A DNA stretch of 50,376 bases from a virus (IMGVR_UViG_3300032001_000009:1-50376); one strand, 5' to 3'; counted from the stretch's first letter, positions 37,675 through 46,064 are shown. Numbers and translations are program-made. Notes: generated by a model not told the origin, from the letters alone.

Positions 37675-37875
37675 CTATATGATGGGCCGCTCCAAGGCGG
37701 TATAGACGGCGACGAAATCGAACCGCAGATAGGGTCCTTCGCTGCCGGCGCGCACGTAATGCGCGTATTTCGGGTCCAAGGTGCGACTGGCGGGGATGTT
37801 CATGGATTCGGTGGACTCGGGCACGTCATCGATGATCCGGCCGTCGACGGGTCCGCCGCGCAGGATCGCGTTCAT
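37675..37875 (-). CDS. Hypothetical protein (GGPxDG family)
   Basis: 66 aa, MNAILRGGPVDG. ATGA overlap with the upstream gene. Confidence 0.7.
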   Translation of the reverse strand: MNAILRGGPVDGRIIDDVPESTESMNIPASRTLDPKYAHYVRAGSEGPYLRFDFVAVYTALERPII

Positions 37876-37958
37876 TGATGTCTGCGTTTCTGCAAAGCGG
37901 CGACCAGGAAATACAGCAGCAGCAGCCCGGCGAGCACACCGACCGCGGCGCTAGCCAT
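37872..37958 (-). CDS. 28-aa membrane mini-protein
   Basis: MASAAVGVLAGLLLLYFLVAALQKRRHQ. Fills the gap and overlaps both neighbours. Confidence 0.5.
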   Translation of the reverse strand: MASAAVGVLAGLLLLYFLVAALQKRRHQ

Positions 37959-38418
37959 CGGAGGCCATTTCGACGCGGCGCTGCGCGCGGTAGCGGGCCA
38001 GCTCGTCGACGGGTTCGGCGTCGTCGAGCTCGGTGTCGCTCATCGGTGGGACCGGCCCGGCGGTGACGGTCTCCTCGGCGATGTCGTAGATCTTGGCCTG
38101 ATCGGCCATCAGCCGGCGCGCCACCTCGATGGCCTTGAGGTCGCCCTCGGTGACGTGGACGAACGCTTCGCGGACCAGGATCTCCATGCGGGCCATGTAG
38201 ATGGTCATCGCGTTTTCGTTGCGCAGAATGTGGTCCTTGGTGGCGCGTTCCAGTTCGGCGTTGACGATTTGGCTGACCCGCATCTTGGTGAGGTTGATCT
38301 GCGGGTTGTCGGCGATCTTCTGCTGGCTGTTGCCGGCGACGAACATGTCGAGGATCAGCTGGTCGCGGCGTTTACGCGCGGCGCCGCTCAGCCGCGGTGG
38401 CTGCGGTTTGCGTGCCAT
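37951..38418 (-). CDS. Terminase small subunit (HTH)
   Basis: Start at ATG 38418 with GAGGA RBS. G.SQQKIA HTH, GDLKAIE, and C-terminal DEL..YRAQR. Upstream of terL. Confidence 0.7.
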   Translation of the reverse strand: MARKPQPPRLSGAARKRRDQLILDMFVAGNSQQKIADNPQINLTKMRVSQIVNAELERATKDHILRNENAMTIYMARMEILVREAFVHVTEGDLKAIEVARRLMADQAKIYDIAEETVTAGPVPPMSDTELDDAEPVDELARYRAQRRVEMASDG

Positions 38419-38425
38419 GTTGTCC

Positions 38426-39196
38426 TCACGGTTTGTATCGTCCCACCAGGGCGGGGTCACCCAGGTTGGGTGTGTCGCCGAGCGGGTCTTTCCCGGTGCG
38501 TTCCTTGATGATTTCACGCATCAGCCACGCGCGGCCGTACGCCGCCTTGTAGGGGCGGAACAGTTCCTCGTTGCGGGTGATGTCGCGGTCCCAGCCGGGG
38601 CTGTCGGCTTTGGCGCCGGTGTACTTCTCGGCGTCGGTGTTGTGTTCCCAGGCGTAGATATTGCCGCGCACCCGGCGCACCTCCGACAGGGTTTCCACGA
38701 TGCAGGTAAACGCGGTATCTTCCCAACCCCAGCCCACGAATTCGGGCGGTTGACCGCCTAGGCGCCACCACTCGTCACAGGTAGCGACCAGGCAGCCGCC
38801 GACCCCGTTGGGGCCGTCACCGTCCCACGCCATGATGTAGGGCACGTCGGCCAACTCATTAAACGGGGTCTTAACACTGTCAGCAGGCAGAATCCGATAA
38901 TTAGTAAAAGGCCAGCACACGCCGACGGGATCGCCGACCGCCTTGATGACATTGCGAATATCCGGCACGGTATCTGCGTCGGAGATTACTACGACATCGG
39001 TCTTGGCCTTTCGAACGCCGTTATTGCGCGCCTGACTGAGACTGAACACTTCGGTGTCGCTGTCGGCAGTGACGACCGGCCAGTTGACTAGTCGCCAGAA
39101 CTCGCGCACACGCCTGTAGGCCGCGAGCCGTGACGGTGATGGCCGCCACGGAATAACGACTGTGGCCTCAGGCTGACTGGTCACGATCGACATCAT
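38426..39196 (-). CDS. GT-A glycosyltransferase (GT2/GT7-like)
   Basis: VVIPWR, FSLSQARNNG, DxD motif (SDAD), GGQ..EFVGWGWED. Confidence 0.85.
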   Translation of the reverse strand: MMSIVTSQPEATVVIPWRPSPSRLAAYRRVREFWRLVNWPVVTADSDTEVFSLSQARNNGVRKAKTDVVVISDADTVPDIRNVIKAVGDPVGVCWPFTNYRILPADSVKTPFNELADVPYIMAWDGDGPNGVGGCLVATCDEWWRLGGQPPEFVGWGWEDTAFTCIVETLSEVRRVRGNIYAWEHNTDAEKYTGAKADSPGWDRDITRNEELFRPYKAAYGRAWLMREIIKERTGKDPLGDTPNLGDPALVGRYKP

Positions 39197-39638
39197 TGTG
39201 GGTGAATAGTTCTAGGCGCTTGAGGCGCGCCACTTCAGCGGCTTCTTCAGGGGTATCGAAAGATCCCAGCCAATACGCTTGGCGCCGATGTATAACTCGA
39301 GCACCCCATTTCCCGTTCCAGACGCGGACGACACCGCGCATGCCACTAGTGCTGTTGCGGTAAGCGCCGGTTTGGTTCTGGTTGTTTTGAGATCGGCTAG
39401 CGGCCCGTAGGTGTCTCGGATTCACGCAGATTCGATTGCGGCATCTGTGATCGACCTCATCTGGCACCGAGCCGTATGCCAGGTAATAGGCGAAGCGGTG
39501 AGCGCGCCATAACTTGTCCGAATCCCTGAAAACGCCGTAGCCGCCTCTGGTGAGCGCGGCTCTCCAAATCCAGCAGCGACTGCCCAGTGCCGGCTGGAAG
39601 GGACCGTCCTTATCGACCTTCGCCCAGAAGCGTTTCAT
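39168..39638 (-). CDS. HNH endonuclease with AP2 DNA-binding domain
   Basis: Start at ATG 39638. RFWAKV, CWIW, GYG.F, AHR, VDHRCRNRICVNPRHL...QN..N, then SG.RGV...W.A....LGSFDT.EEAA. Confidence 0.9.
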   Translation of the reverse strand: MKRFWAKVDKDGPFQPALGSRCWIWRAALTRGGYGVFRDSDKLWRAHRFAYYLAYGSVPDEVDHRCRNRICVNPRHLRAASRSQNNQNQTGAYRNSTSGMRGVVRVWNGKWGARVIHRRQAYWLGSFDTPEEAAEVARLKRLELFTHNDVDRDQSA

Positions 39639-39886
39639 GTCGGTGCGATGACCTTGCCGCACTGCACGCAGGTGCGCGGGTGCTCGGACTGCGGCAAAAA
39701 CTCGTGCGCGCAGGTGTCCACCTCGGGGTCCAGCCCGGCGTAGCCGGTGCACAGGCACGGCTTGGACGCGGTGTACTGGCATCTTTCGTCGGACCAGCCG
39801 GACAGGATTTTCACCCGGCAGGCCCGGTCACCGTCGAGGTTGTGCTGTTTGGCGGAGTGCCCGCAGCTCTGACATTGGGGGCTCAC
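39635..39886 (-). CDS. Cys-rich (Zn-finger-like) hypothetical protein
   Basis: GTG 39886. CQSCGH...H, C.C, C.H...CVQCG. Confidence 0.65.
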   Translation of the reverse strand: MSPQCQSCGHSAKQHNLDGDRACRVKILSGWSDERCQYTASKPCLCTGYAGLDPEVDTCAHEFLPQSEHPRTCVQCGKVIAPT

Positions 39887-39945
39887 ACCCGATATTGTCG
39901 GCGCGCCGGGGCCGGTTGTGAACCTAGACACGCGATGATGGGCGC

Positions 39946-40134
39946 ATGGCCGCAAAGACAGAAGACTCCCCCGAACAGTTAGTCCACAAGCCGGTGACTC
40001 ACCCGGCCCTGACCACTCCGTGCACGGTGACGCAGCTGCGTAACTGGCTCGAGCAGGGTGTGATCGCCGTCACCAGCGGGGACCACTGGGAGAGCACCAT
40101 CACCACCACCGCCACGTCGATAAGCGTCTCCTGA
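39946..40134 (+). CDS. 62-aa LxTPC-domain protein (opposite strand)
   Basis: Clear similarity to the C-terminus of 46477-46971 supports that it is coding. Confidence 0.7.
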   Translation: MAAKTEDSPEQLVHKPVTHPALTTPCTVTQLRNWLEQGVIAVTSGDHWESTITTTATSISVS

Positions 40135-40161
40135 TGATGTTGCGGGCAGTGCCAGTCAAGG

Positions 40162-40809
40162 TCACCGCCCCTCCGCTCGTTTCAAGGTCGCGAGGTCGGC
40201 ATGTGAGTCCACGGGTATGTCGTAGGCTCCGGCGCGCACTGGCCGGGTGGTGAAGATCGCCACCGCCTCGTAGCGGTGCACAACCGTCGATCCGAAGGTG
40301 GGGTCGATGTTCATGTCCTCACGGATCGGTGGAAGTCCCCGACCGGTGGTCAGCGCATACCCCTTGGCTTTGATGTCCTCGGGTGTGTGTTCCATCCATC
40401 TGCCTTGAAGCGCGCGGTCCAGCAGCGCGGCGCTGGGGAACACGTGAACGTCGTGCAAGACGCCGTCGCGGGGCAGCGGGGCGTGCATGATCGGCGAGAT
40501 CAACAGGCCGCGTTGCACCCAGTACCAGCGCCACGCATGTCGGAGCATGGGTTCGGCGATAGGACGGTTGTCGGGTCGAGGCGAGAAAGTGCGCAGCCCC
40601 AGTTCGATGCGGTGCTTGTTGTCGTGCCCTCTGATCCATGCGTCCCTGGACTGTTCATCATCGAACGGTATCGCGCGCCACGGCTGGCAGTCCCGACAGC
40701 CAACGAGGTACTGGATGCGTGTGACCAGGGGTTTGCACGATCGGCAATAGAAAGGGCAGTTGACGGTGGGCACCACGTCGGTGCGGCCGCAGTAGAGGCA
40801 ACGCGTCAC
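40162..40809 (-). CDS. Hypothetical protein with N-terminal CxxC motifs
   Basis: 215 aa. CLYC, CRSC, CRDC...F.....RDAW...H...H. Confidence 0.7.
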   Translation of the reverse strand: MTRCLYCGRTDVVPTVNCPFYCRSCKPLVTRIQYLVGCRDCQPWRAIPFDDEQSRDAWIRGHDNKHRIELGLRTFSPRPDNRPIAEPMLRHAWRWYWVQRGLLISPIMHAPLPRDGVLHDVHVFPSAALLDRALQGRWMEHTPEDIKAKGYALTTGRGLPPIREDMNIDPTFGSTVVHRYEAVAIFTTRPVRAGAYDIPVDSHADLATLKRAEGR

Positions 40810-40916
40810 GGAGCCATCCTGACACCGGCGGCTACCGATACCGTGCCCACACGGCGCCCAAGCACCGAATATGTCCTGGTTGTTAGCGGTAGCGGAGGGA
40901 TTCAGACCCTCCGATG

Positions 40917-41591
40917 TCAGGATTCATCTGACAGGGGGTCCTCTTCGTGGACGTACTTCCAGCTGCCTTCGCCGGCGCTGGCGCGCCACACCGAGCGCAC
41001 CGTCGGCACATCCAGAAGCATGTAGCCGGTCTTCATGAGCTGAAAGCACTCGAAGATGTCCGCGCCCCAGTGCACGCACTCGTGGTCCCCCTCCGGGTAG
41101 GGATGCTCGCGCAGCAGATCCACGCGCGCTGCGAACACCCCGCCCTGGATGTGATGACGGGGCAGGCTCGGCGAGAACCCGGCGTTCTCCGGGCGCCCGG
41201 AGTCGGCGAGGCTGCCGGTCATCGCCACCGTGCGGTCGGCGATCAGCGGCGCCAGCAGGTCCAGCGACCAGGTGACATCACGGGCGTGGCCGTGGTTGGT
41301 GCACACGTACAGCAGGTAGGGGTGGCGCGCCAGGTCGACGGCCAGGTTGAGCGCCGGGCCGTACATCAGGTTCTTGCCGAGTTGCCATTGATAGCGGGTT
41401 TGGACGCCGTCAACCTGCGCTGTGATCATCGCGTCGGCGAGGCGCTGCGATGTGGTGGCGCTGTTGTCGATGACGATCAGTTCGGCGTCCAGCGCGGGCA
41501 GCGCCAGCGCGGGCAGCAGATCACGCTGCAACCGTTCGATGCTTTTGTCCTCGTTGTTGTAGGCGATCATCACCGCCGTGACCGGAATCAC
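40917..41591 (-). CDS. GT2-like glycosyltransferase (atypical DxD)
   Basis: Start at GTG 41591 (GTGA overlap). VMIAYN, ELIVIDNS, NLMYGPALN..V..A..PYLLY, GGVFA.R, and WGAD. The DxD position reads CTNH. Confidence 0.75.
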   Translation of the reverse strand: MIPVTAVMIAYNNEDKSIERLQRDLLPALALPALDAELIVIDNSATTSQRLADAMITAQVDGVQTRYQWQLGKNLMYGPALNLAVDLARHPYLLYVCTNHGHARDVTWSLDLLAPLIADRTVAMTGSLADSGRPENAGFSPSLPRHHIQGGVFAARVDLLREHPYPEGDHECVHWGADIFECFQLMKTGYMLLDVPTVRSVWRASAGEGSWKYVHEEDPLSDES

Positions 41592-41737
41592 CAGTACCTC
41601 GGAAACTGCATCGGCTCGGGATAGTCGGGGCATTCCAAGGACGCCAGGAACTCCTCGGGTGTGTCATATTCGGACTCCAAGTACATGCACCGTAGTCCGT
41701 CGCCCATGCTGTAGAACAGTTCGGTGTGGTCGCTCAC
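41588..41737 (-). CDS. 49-aa acidic hypothetical protein
   Basis: GTG 41737 after AGGAG. MSDHTELFYSMGDG...PRYW. Confidence 0.6.
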   Translation of the reverse strand: MSDHTELFYSMGDGLRCMYLESEYDTPEEFLASLECPDYPEPMQFPRYW

Positions 41738-41752
41738 GTCTTCTCCTGGCTC

Positions 41753-42158
41753 GCGTAGAACTGCGCGACCTTGGGGATCGCACCGGGGACATCGTTGCCA
41801 GTAGCGGATCAATCGGGCCATCGCGCCCACCAGCTGTTCACGTCGGGCACGTATTCGCCGATGCGGTAGATGAACTCGCCGTCGTTGAAGATCGCGCCGT
41901 AGAAGCACACCCAGCCATTCATTGGGTGCCTGGTTTCAGGCGCGCCGCACGCGGGGTGCCAGTGATTCTTGTCGGCCTGGTGTGGGTTCATCGTGAGTGT
42001 TGTACCGGGATGGATCGTCGGGGAGCGCAGGCATTCATGCAGGAACTCGTCGAACACCATGATCTCAGGTTCGCCGTCTAGGCAGTTGAATCCATGATCA
42101 CCCATCACGGATCTCAATCCTCTTCGTCTGCGTAGAACTGCGCGACCTTGGGGATCGC
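41753..42158. repeat. 29-bp perfect direct repeat (41753-41781 and 42130-42158)
   Basis: GCGTAGAACTGCGCGACCTTGGGGATCGC occurs twice and flanks one gene. Confidence 0.9.
41809..42108 (-). CDS. Hypothetical protein ending WPD
   Basis: Start at GTG 42108 or ATG 42105. Ends ...YRIGEY....WWARWPD*. Confidence 0.7.
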   Translation of the reverse strand: MMGDHGFNCLDGEPEIMVFDEFLHECLRSPTIHPGTTLTMNPHQADKNHWHPACGAPETRHPMNGWVCFYGAIFNDGEFIYRIGEYVPDVNSWWARWPD

Positions 42159-42347
42159 GCCCGCCATCTGACGCAGCGCCAAAGCCTGGACCTGCAGGCG
42201 CAATGCCAACGCCTCCAGCTGCGCCGCCAGCTCCAGCGTCTGCCTGATCTCCAGGATCGGGCCGCCGGCGAACGCGGCGCGGCACTCATACGGGGTGCGG
42301 AACGGGCCGCCGGGCAGGTACTCGATGAGTCCCTCGTGCTCGCTCAT
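42114..42347 (-). CDS. Hypothetical protein (77 aa)
   Basis: ATGA overlap with the methyltransferase stop. Confidence 0.7.
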   Translation of the reverse strand: MSEHEGLIEYLPGGPFRTPYECRAAFAGGPILEIRQTLELAAQLEALALRLQVQALALRQMAGAIPKVAQFYADEED

Positions 42348-42892
42348 TTGACCGCGATCGCGTAGATGTCGCCCGGTGTGGCGGTGTCGATCATGCGGAA
42401 ATGGAACATCTCCAGCCAGGTCTCCAGATGGTAGCGATCCACGTTGCGGTAAAACTCGCCGTCGCGCAGCGGGCCGCCGTCGACCGCGGAGTGCTCGCCC
42501 CGGCCGTCGCCGGCCGCCGTCACCAGGAACACCCCACCGGTCATCAGCATCCGGTGGGCATTACGGCAGATCGCCTCGGCGTCGGGTGTGTGCTCCAGCG
42601 TCTCGCAGCACACCACGGTGTCCACCCCATCGGACACGAAGTGCTGCATCCATCCCGTGCCCAGCCACGCCAAGCCAGGGACTGGCCAGTGCGCCGCGTC
42701 GGCAACCAAATCCACGTTCGGGCCGTCGGCGATGTCTACGCCGACGTAAGCCGCGTCACCGAACAGCGGGCGCACCGGCCCGGAAAAGGGCCAGTCCCCT
42801 GCGACGGTGCGCGACCCCAACTCGATCACGCAGCGGCGCGGCTCGAGCTGCCTGACCGTGTCCGCGACGAACCGGTACGCACCCTCATGCAT
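42344..42892 (-). CDS. Class I SAM-dependent methyltransferase (Methyltransf_11-like)
   Basis: Start at ATG 42892 (TGATG). VIELGS, YVGVDIADGPNVDLVAD, DTVVCCETLEH, L..GG. Confidence 0.85.
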   Translation of the reverse strand: MHEGAYRFVADTVRQLEPRRCVIELGSRTVAGDWPFSGPVRPLFGDAAYVGVDIADGPNVDLVADAAHWPVPGLAWLGTGWMQHFVSDGVDTVVCCETLEHTPDAEAICRNAHRMLMTGGVFLVTAAGDGRGEHSAVDGGPLRDGEFYRNVDRYHLETWLEMFHFRMIDTATPGDIYAIAVK

Positions 42893-43218
42893 CAACGCAC
42901 CTTCTCGTAGGTGAACGGATCGCGCCACGCCTCGACAACGGACGGCATCCGCCCGCCGGCAGCGAGGGACCGTATGGCCTGCTCGGCGGGCGCCGCGACG
43001 TAGGGGGCGTCGGCGGCCCAGGCGCCGGCGGCCAGTTGGATCGCCCGTAACCCTTGCGACACGGTGATCGTCTCGGAACCGCGGTGCCTCTCCATCCATT
43101 CAGCAGGCTCCTCGTAGCGCGGCCACTGCCGCTTCTGCCAGGCGTACCGCAGGTCCATGATCAGCCAGCCCGCCGCGCCGCTCAGCAGCGTCCCCACGAT
43201 CAGCATCTCCGGTGCCAT
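42892..43218 (-). CDS. Membrane-anchored hypothetical protein
   Basis: Start at ATG 43218. N-terminal hydrophobic helix. Contains ETITVSQGLRAI. Confidence 0.7.
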   Translation of the reverse strand: MAPEMLIVGTLLSGAAGWLIMDLRYAWQKRQWPRYEEPAEWMERHRGSETITVSQGLRAIQLAAGAWAADAPYVAAPAEQAIRSLAAGGRMPSVVEAWRDPFTYEKVR

Positions 43219-43219
43219 A

Positions 43220-43354
43220 TCAGCTTCTCTCCGGCGGCTTCGGGAGCATGGAGTACAACAGCCATTTCTGCCACGGCGGCAGCTGCTGCCAGTCCTCGAA
43301 CATCTCGTTGAGCATCGTCCATCGACTGTCGTCCTCAAACGGATCGGTACTCAC
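43220..43354 (-). CDS. 44-aa mini-protein with terminase-like PWQKWL motif
   Basis: GTG 43354 (GTGA overlap). MSTDPFEDDSRWTMLNEMFEDWQQLPPWQKWLLYSMLPKPPERS. Confidence 0.6.
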   Translation of the reverse strand: MSTDPFEDDSRWTMLNEMFEDWQQLPPWQKWLLYSMLPKPPERS

Positions 43355-43506
43355 TGCGCCGGCTCCGCGACGGGTCCGTACGGGTTCTCGTGGCAGTGCA
43401 GGGATGTGGTCCGCTTGCCCGCCGCCGGGTCGGCGTGCCACCACTGCTCGCCCTCGTCGCGGCTGATGAACTTCATGATGTTCTCCCCGCAGTGCCTGCA
43501 CCTCAT
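43351..43506 (-). CDS. 51-aa Zn-finger-like protein
   Basis: ATGA overlap. CRHCG...W.H...C...AEP. Confidence 0.65.
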   Translation of the reverse strand: MRCRHCGENIMKFISRDEGEQWWHADPAAGKRTTSLHCHENPYGPVAEPAQ

Positions 43507-44168
43507 CGCGGTGCGCTCCAACCCGGACAGTGCCCCATCCTCACCGCCCCGGTGTCCCAGCCGTGGCGGATGCCGCAGTTCCACGCCTTACGCTCACCAC
43601 GCGGGCGTGCACCCATCGAGCAGTCAATCGGCTCCCCATCGGCGTGGTCCACCAGACTCGGCTGGGTGTAGCAGATCCCGATGCTGCGGGCCTGCGCCCA
43701 TCGGGAGATCCGCAGCGGCAACTCCTCGCCGCGCGTCTCGATGTCACGCAACAGCGGCTCGATCATCCTGATCCGCAGCGCATACCCCACGCTGCCGATC
43801 AGGCAGTCGCTCACGATCCATGCCTTACCCTCGCTGATCGCGGTGCGCGCCGCGTTACCGGACTGGCGCTGGGTCTCACCCGATGGGTTCCCATACCCCA
43901 GATACAGCCCGACGATCGGGGCCGGCGCGAACGCCAGCGCCGCCGCCAGGTGCGCCCGGAAATCTTTGACCGGCTGCGCGTCGTCCTCGAGGACCACACA
44001 CCAGTCCACATGCCGGTACGCCAGCGCGCGCAGCACCGCGATGTGGTTGGCCTCGCAACCCAGGCTGCCGTCGTCGACGTTGGTGACCACCGCGGCCACC
44101 GAGCGGCGCAGCAGCCGCACGGCTTCCAGGCGCGAGTCGTGCGCGACGATACCGATCGCGATCGTCAT
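43503..44168 (-). CDS. Glycosyltransferase (GT25-like, mycobacteriophage type)
   Basis: IGIVAH..R, DDG.LG...NH, WCVVLEDDA, .LYLG, PSLVDHAD. Confidence 0.85.
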   Translation of the reverse strand: MTIAIGIVAHDSRLEAVRLLRRSVAAVVTNVDDGSLGCEANHIAVLRALAYRHVDWCVVLEDDAQPVKDFRAHLAAALAFAPAPIVGLYLGYGNPSGETQRQSGNAARTAISEGKAWIVSDCLIGSVGYALRIRMIEPLLRDIETRGEELPLRISRWAQARSIGICYTQPSLVDHADGEPIDCSMGARPRGERKAWNCGIRHGWDTGAVRMGHCPGWSAPR

Positions 44169-44179
44169 GTCAAACCTCG

Positions 44180-44344
44180 TCAGCCATCGTCGCTGAGCAG
44201 CTCATCGAGGACCGCGTTGATCATGATGGTCTGCGCTCGCATGGCCGCGGCGACGTTGGGTCCCCTGGCCATGCTGGCGCGGTAGTCGTCGCGTTTTTCG
44301 CGCAGCTTCTCCTTGTCGACCATGACCAGCTTGCGCTCAGACAT
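44180..44344 (-). CDS. 54-aa helical hypothetical protein
   Basis: MSERKLVMVDKEKL...AQTIMINAVLDELL. Similar to the C-terminus of the upstream gene. Confidence 0.65.
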   Translation of the reverse strand: MSERKLVMVDKEKLREKRDDYRASMARGPNVAAAMRAQTIMINAVLDELLSDDG

Positions 44345-45467
44345 CTTCCCCGCCGAGCAGCTCATCGAGGATGCCGTCGATCACCGCGGCCTGCGCCCCC
44401 AAAAGCAGCCACGCCGACGCGAGCGAGTTGTCCTTGCGGGCCATCTCCACCACCTCCCGGTGATTCTCCTTCAAACCCTTCAGCAGCTCGCGACGCGTCA
44501 CCGGGCGGCCCTGCAACCTGGCCGGCCGATCCGACGCGCCCAGCGTCACACCCTGTGTCACGTCGGTGGCCCAGCGGGCGATGGTGTCATGGAAGGAGAA
44601 CACCCCACCCGCCTCCCCCCGGGAGTCGATCACCTGCTGACACGCCCCGCAGATGGTGTCGACGGTGTTGTCGGCGCGGTGCACCCGAAACGTGGCGCGG
44701 TGCTCACACGTTTGGATCGGTTTGATCATTCCGCTGACCACGGTGCCCACCGGCTCGTCGGCGGCCACCAGAAACGTGTCCTCGCCACGCGCGCCGAGCA
44801 GCACAGCGTCGGACTGCAGGTCGTACAGGCCCAGCTCGTGGGCGTCGCGCAGCACCCCAGCGTCGGCGGCCGGCTCATCGATTGCCTCAACCCAGTGCGG
44901 CAGGAAAAACGGCGGCTTCTCCAGATTGATCGCCCGTTCCATATAGCCCCGCCACGCGAAACCCTCCGGCTCGTAGTCGTCGTTGGAGCCGTCCGGCCAG
45001 TGGCTGGTTAGCAGATACTTGGACCCGGAGGCCCGGAACAGGTCCAGGCACCTGGTGATCTCCTCGTTGGGGAAGTGGATCAGGACGTGGCGGGCCAGGA
45101 TCAGGTCGACCTTCGGGATCTCCTGCACGGTCAGCAGGCTGCGTACCTGGAACCTGACATTGGGCCGCTCACTGAACGTTATGTTGTTCGCCGCGATCAT
45201 CGACTCCTCGACATCCCAGCCCAGATAGGCGACATCACCGAGGTCGACCTGGCTCATCCAGTTCCAGTCCCCGCACCCAACGTCCAGCACGGACTTGATC
45301 CCGTAACGTTCGAACAGGATCGGCAAAAGCTCACGCAAAGCCGTCGTCTGCGCCAGCGTGGCGCCCGGCCCGTTCGCCGTCTCGATCGTCCCGAACTCCT
45401 CCGGGCGGGAGCGGTGCAGCTCCGTAATTTCTGCCCAAGCTTTCTGATTGTCGTCGGCGAAACTCAT
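44337..45467 (-). CDS. Class I SAM-dependent methyltransferase with C-terminal extension
   Basis: GPGATL..T, IKSVLDVGCGDWNWM, YLGWDV, DLIL.RHVLIH, SGSKYLLT, INL..PPF. About 155 extra C-terminal aa. Confidence 0.85.
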   Translation of the reverse strand: MSFADDNQKAWAEITELHRSRPEEFGTIETANGPGATLAQTTALRELLPILFERYGIKSVLDVGCGDWNWMSQVDLGDVAYLGWDVEESMIAANNITFSERPNVRFQVRSLLTVQEIPKVDLILARHVLIHFPNEEITRCLDLFRASGSKYLLTSHWPDGSNDDYEPEGFAWRGYMERAINLEKPPFFLPHWVEAIDEPAADAGVLRDAHELGLYDLQSDAVLLGARGEDTFLVAADEPVGTVVSGMIKPIQTCEHRATFRVHRADNTVDTICGACQQVIDSRGEAGGVFSFHDTIARWATDVTQGVTLGASDRPARLQGRPVTRRELLKGLKENHREVVEMARKDNSLASAWLLLGAQAAVIDGILDELLGGEDV

Positions 45468-45658
45468 GGGGTTGCCTCCTCGTGGGTGTTGACGAATTCG
45501 GTCACGTCATCCAGGGCCTGGCGGTAGCCATCCCACCAACTGCTACTCCCCTTAATCGTGCTGACGTGTCCATCTCCGGTCTGCTCACGTTCTTGAAGTT
45601 TCTCCAGCGCGCTGTCGGCGAGCTTGCGCAACTGGGCCAGATAGTCCGTCAGAATCAC
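45464..45658 (-). CDS. Hypothetical protein (64 aa)
   Basis: Coupled on both sides. WWDGYRQALDD. Confidence 0.7.
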   Translation of the reverse strand: MILTDYLAQLRKLADSALEKLQEREQTGDGHVSTIKGSSSWWDGYRQALDDVTEFVNTHEEATP

Positions 45659-45885
45659 TTCGACACCACCTTGATCAGCGAGTGCGGCACGCCCACCAGC
45701 AGCGAATGCGCCACCCTGCAGTCGCAGGGTTCCTCAACGTCGTGACCGTGAGGATGCGACGAGGGATTGAAGTCCGGGCAGGCCGTGTCGGCGCACGCCC
45801 GGTACGGGTGCTCCACATGCAGGCAACCCGTGCTGCAGTGCTGATACACCCGGTGGCCACACCACGGACAGAAGTTCCAGCTCAC
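45655..45885 (-). CDS. Cys/His-rich hypothetical protein
   Basis: CPWCGH...H...GC, C....C, CDC. Confidence 0.7.
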   Translation of the reverse strand: MSWNFCPWCGHRVYQHCSTGCLHVEHPYRACADTACPDFNPSSHPHGHDVEEPCDCRVAHSLLVGVPHSLIKVVSK

Positions 45886-46064
45886 GTGGACTCGCCCAGA
45901 TGCACGGTGATCCGCCAGTGCCCGTCGGTGTGCTCGATCACGCTCACCTCCGCGGCAGCGAGGCCATCCTCGCCCATGATCGCCTTGACCTCCTCGAACC
46001 AGTCACTGGCCTCGGAAAGCCGGCACGGCGTGGACAGTTGCAGGGTGGTGTACTTGTCAGCCAT
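45882..46064 (-). CDS. 60-aa LxTPC-domain protein
   Basis: ATG 46064 after GAGGAGG. MADKYTTLQLSTPCRLSEASDWFEEV. Confidence 0.7.
   Translation of the reverse strand: MADKYTTLQLSTPCRLSEASDWFEEVKAIMGEDGLAAAEVSVIEHTDGHWRITVHLGEST

Noticed and set aside
42344-45467. Methyltransferases as DNA methylases of a restriction-modification system
   Set aside because: No DPPY/NPPY or PC catalytic motifs were seen. The motifs match small-molecule or glycan class I methyltransferases.
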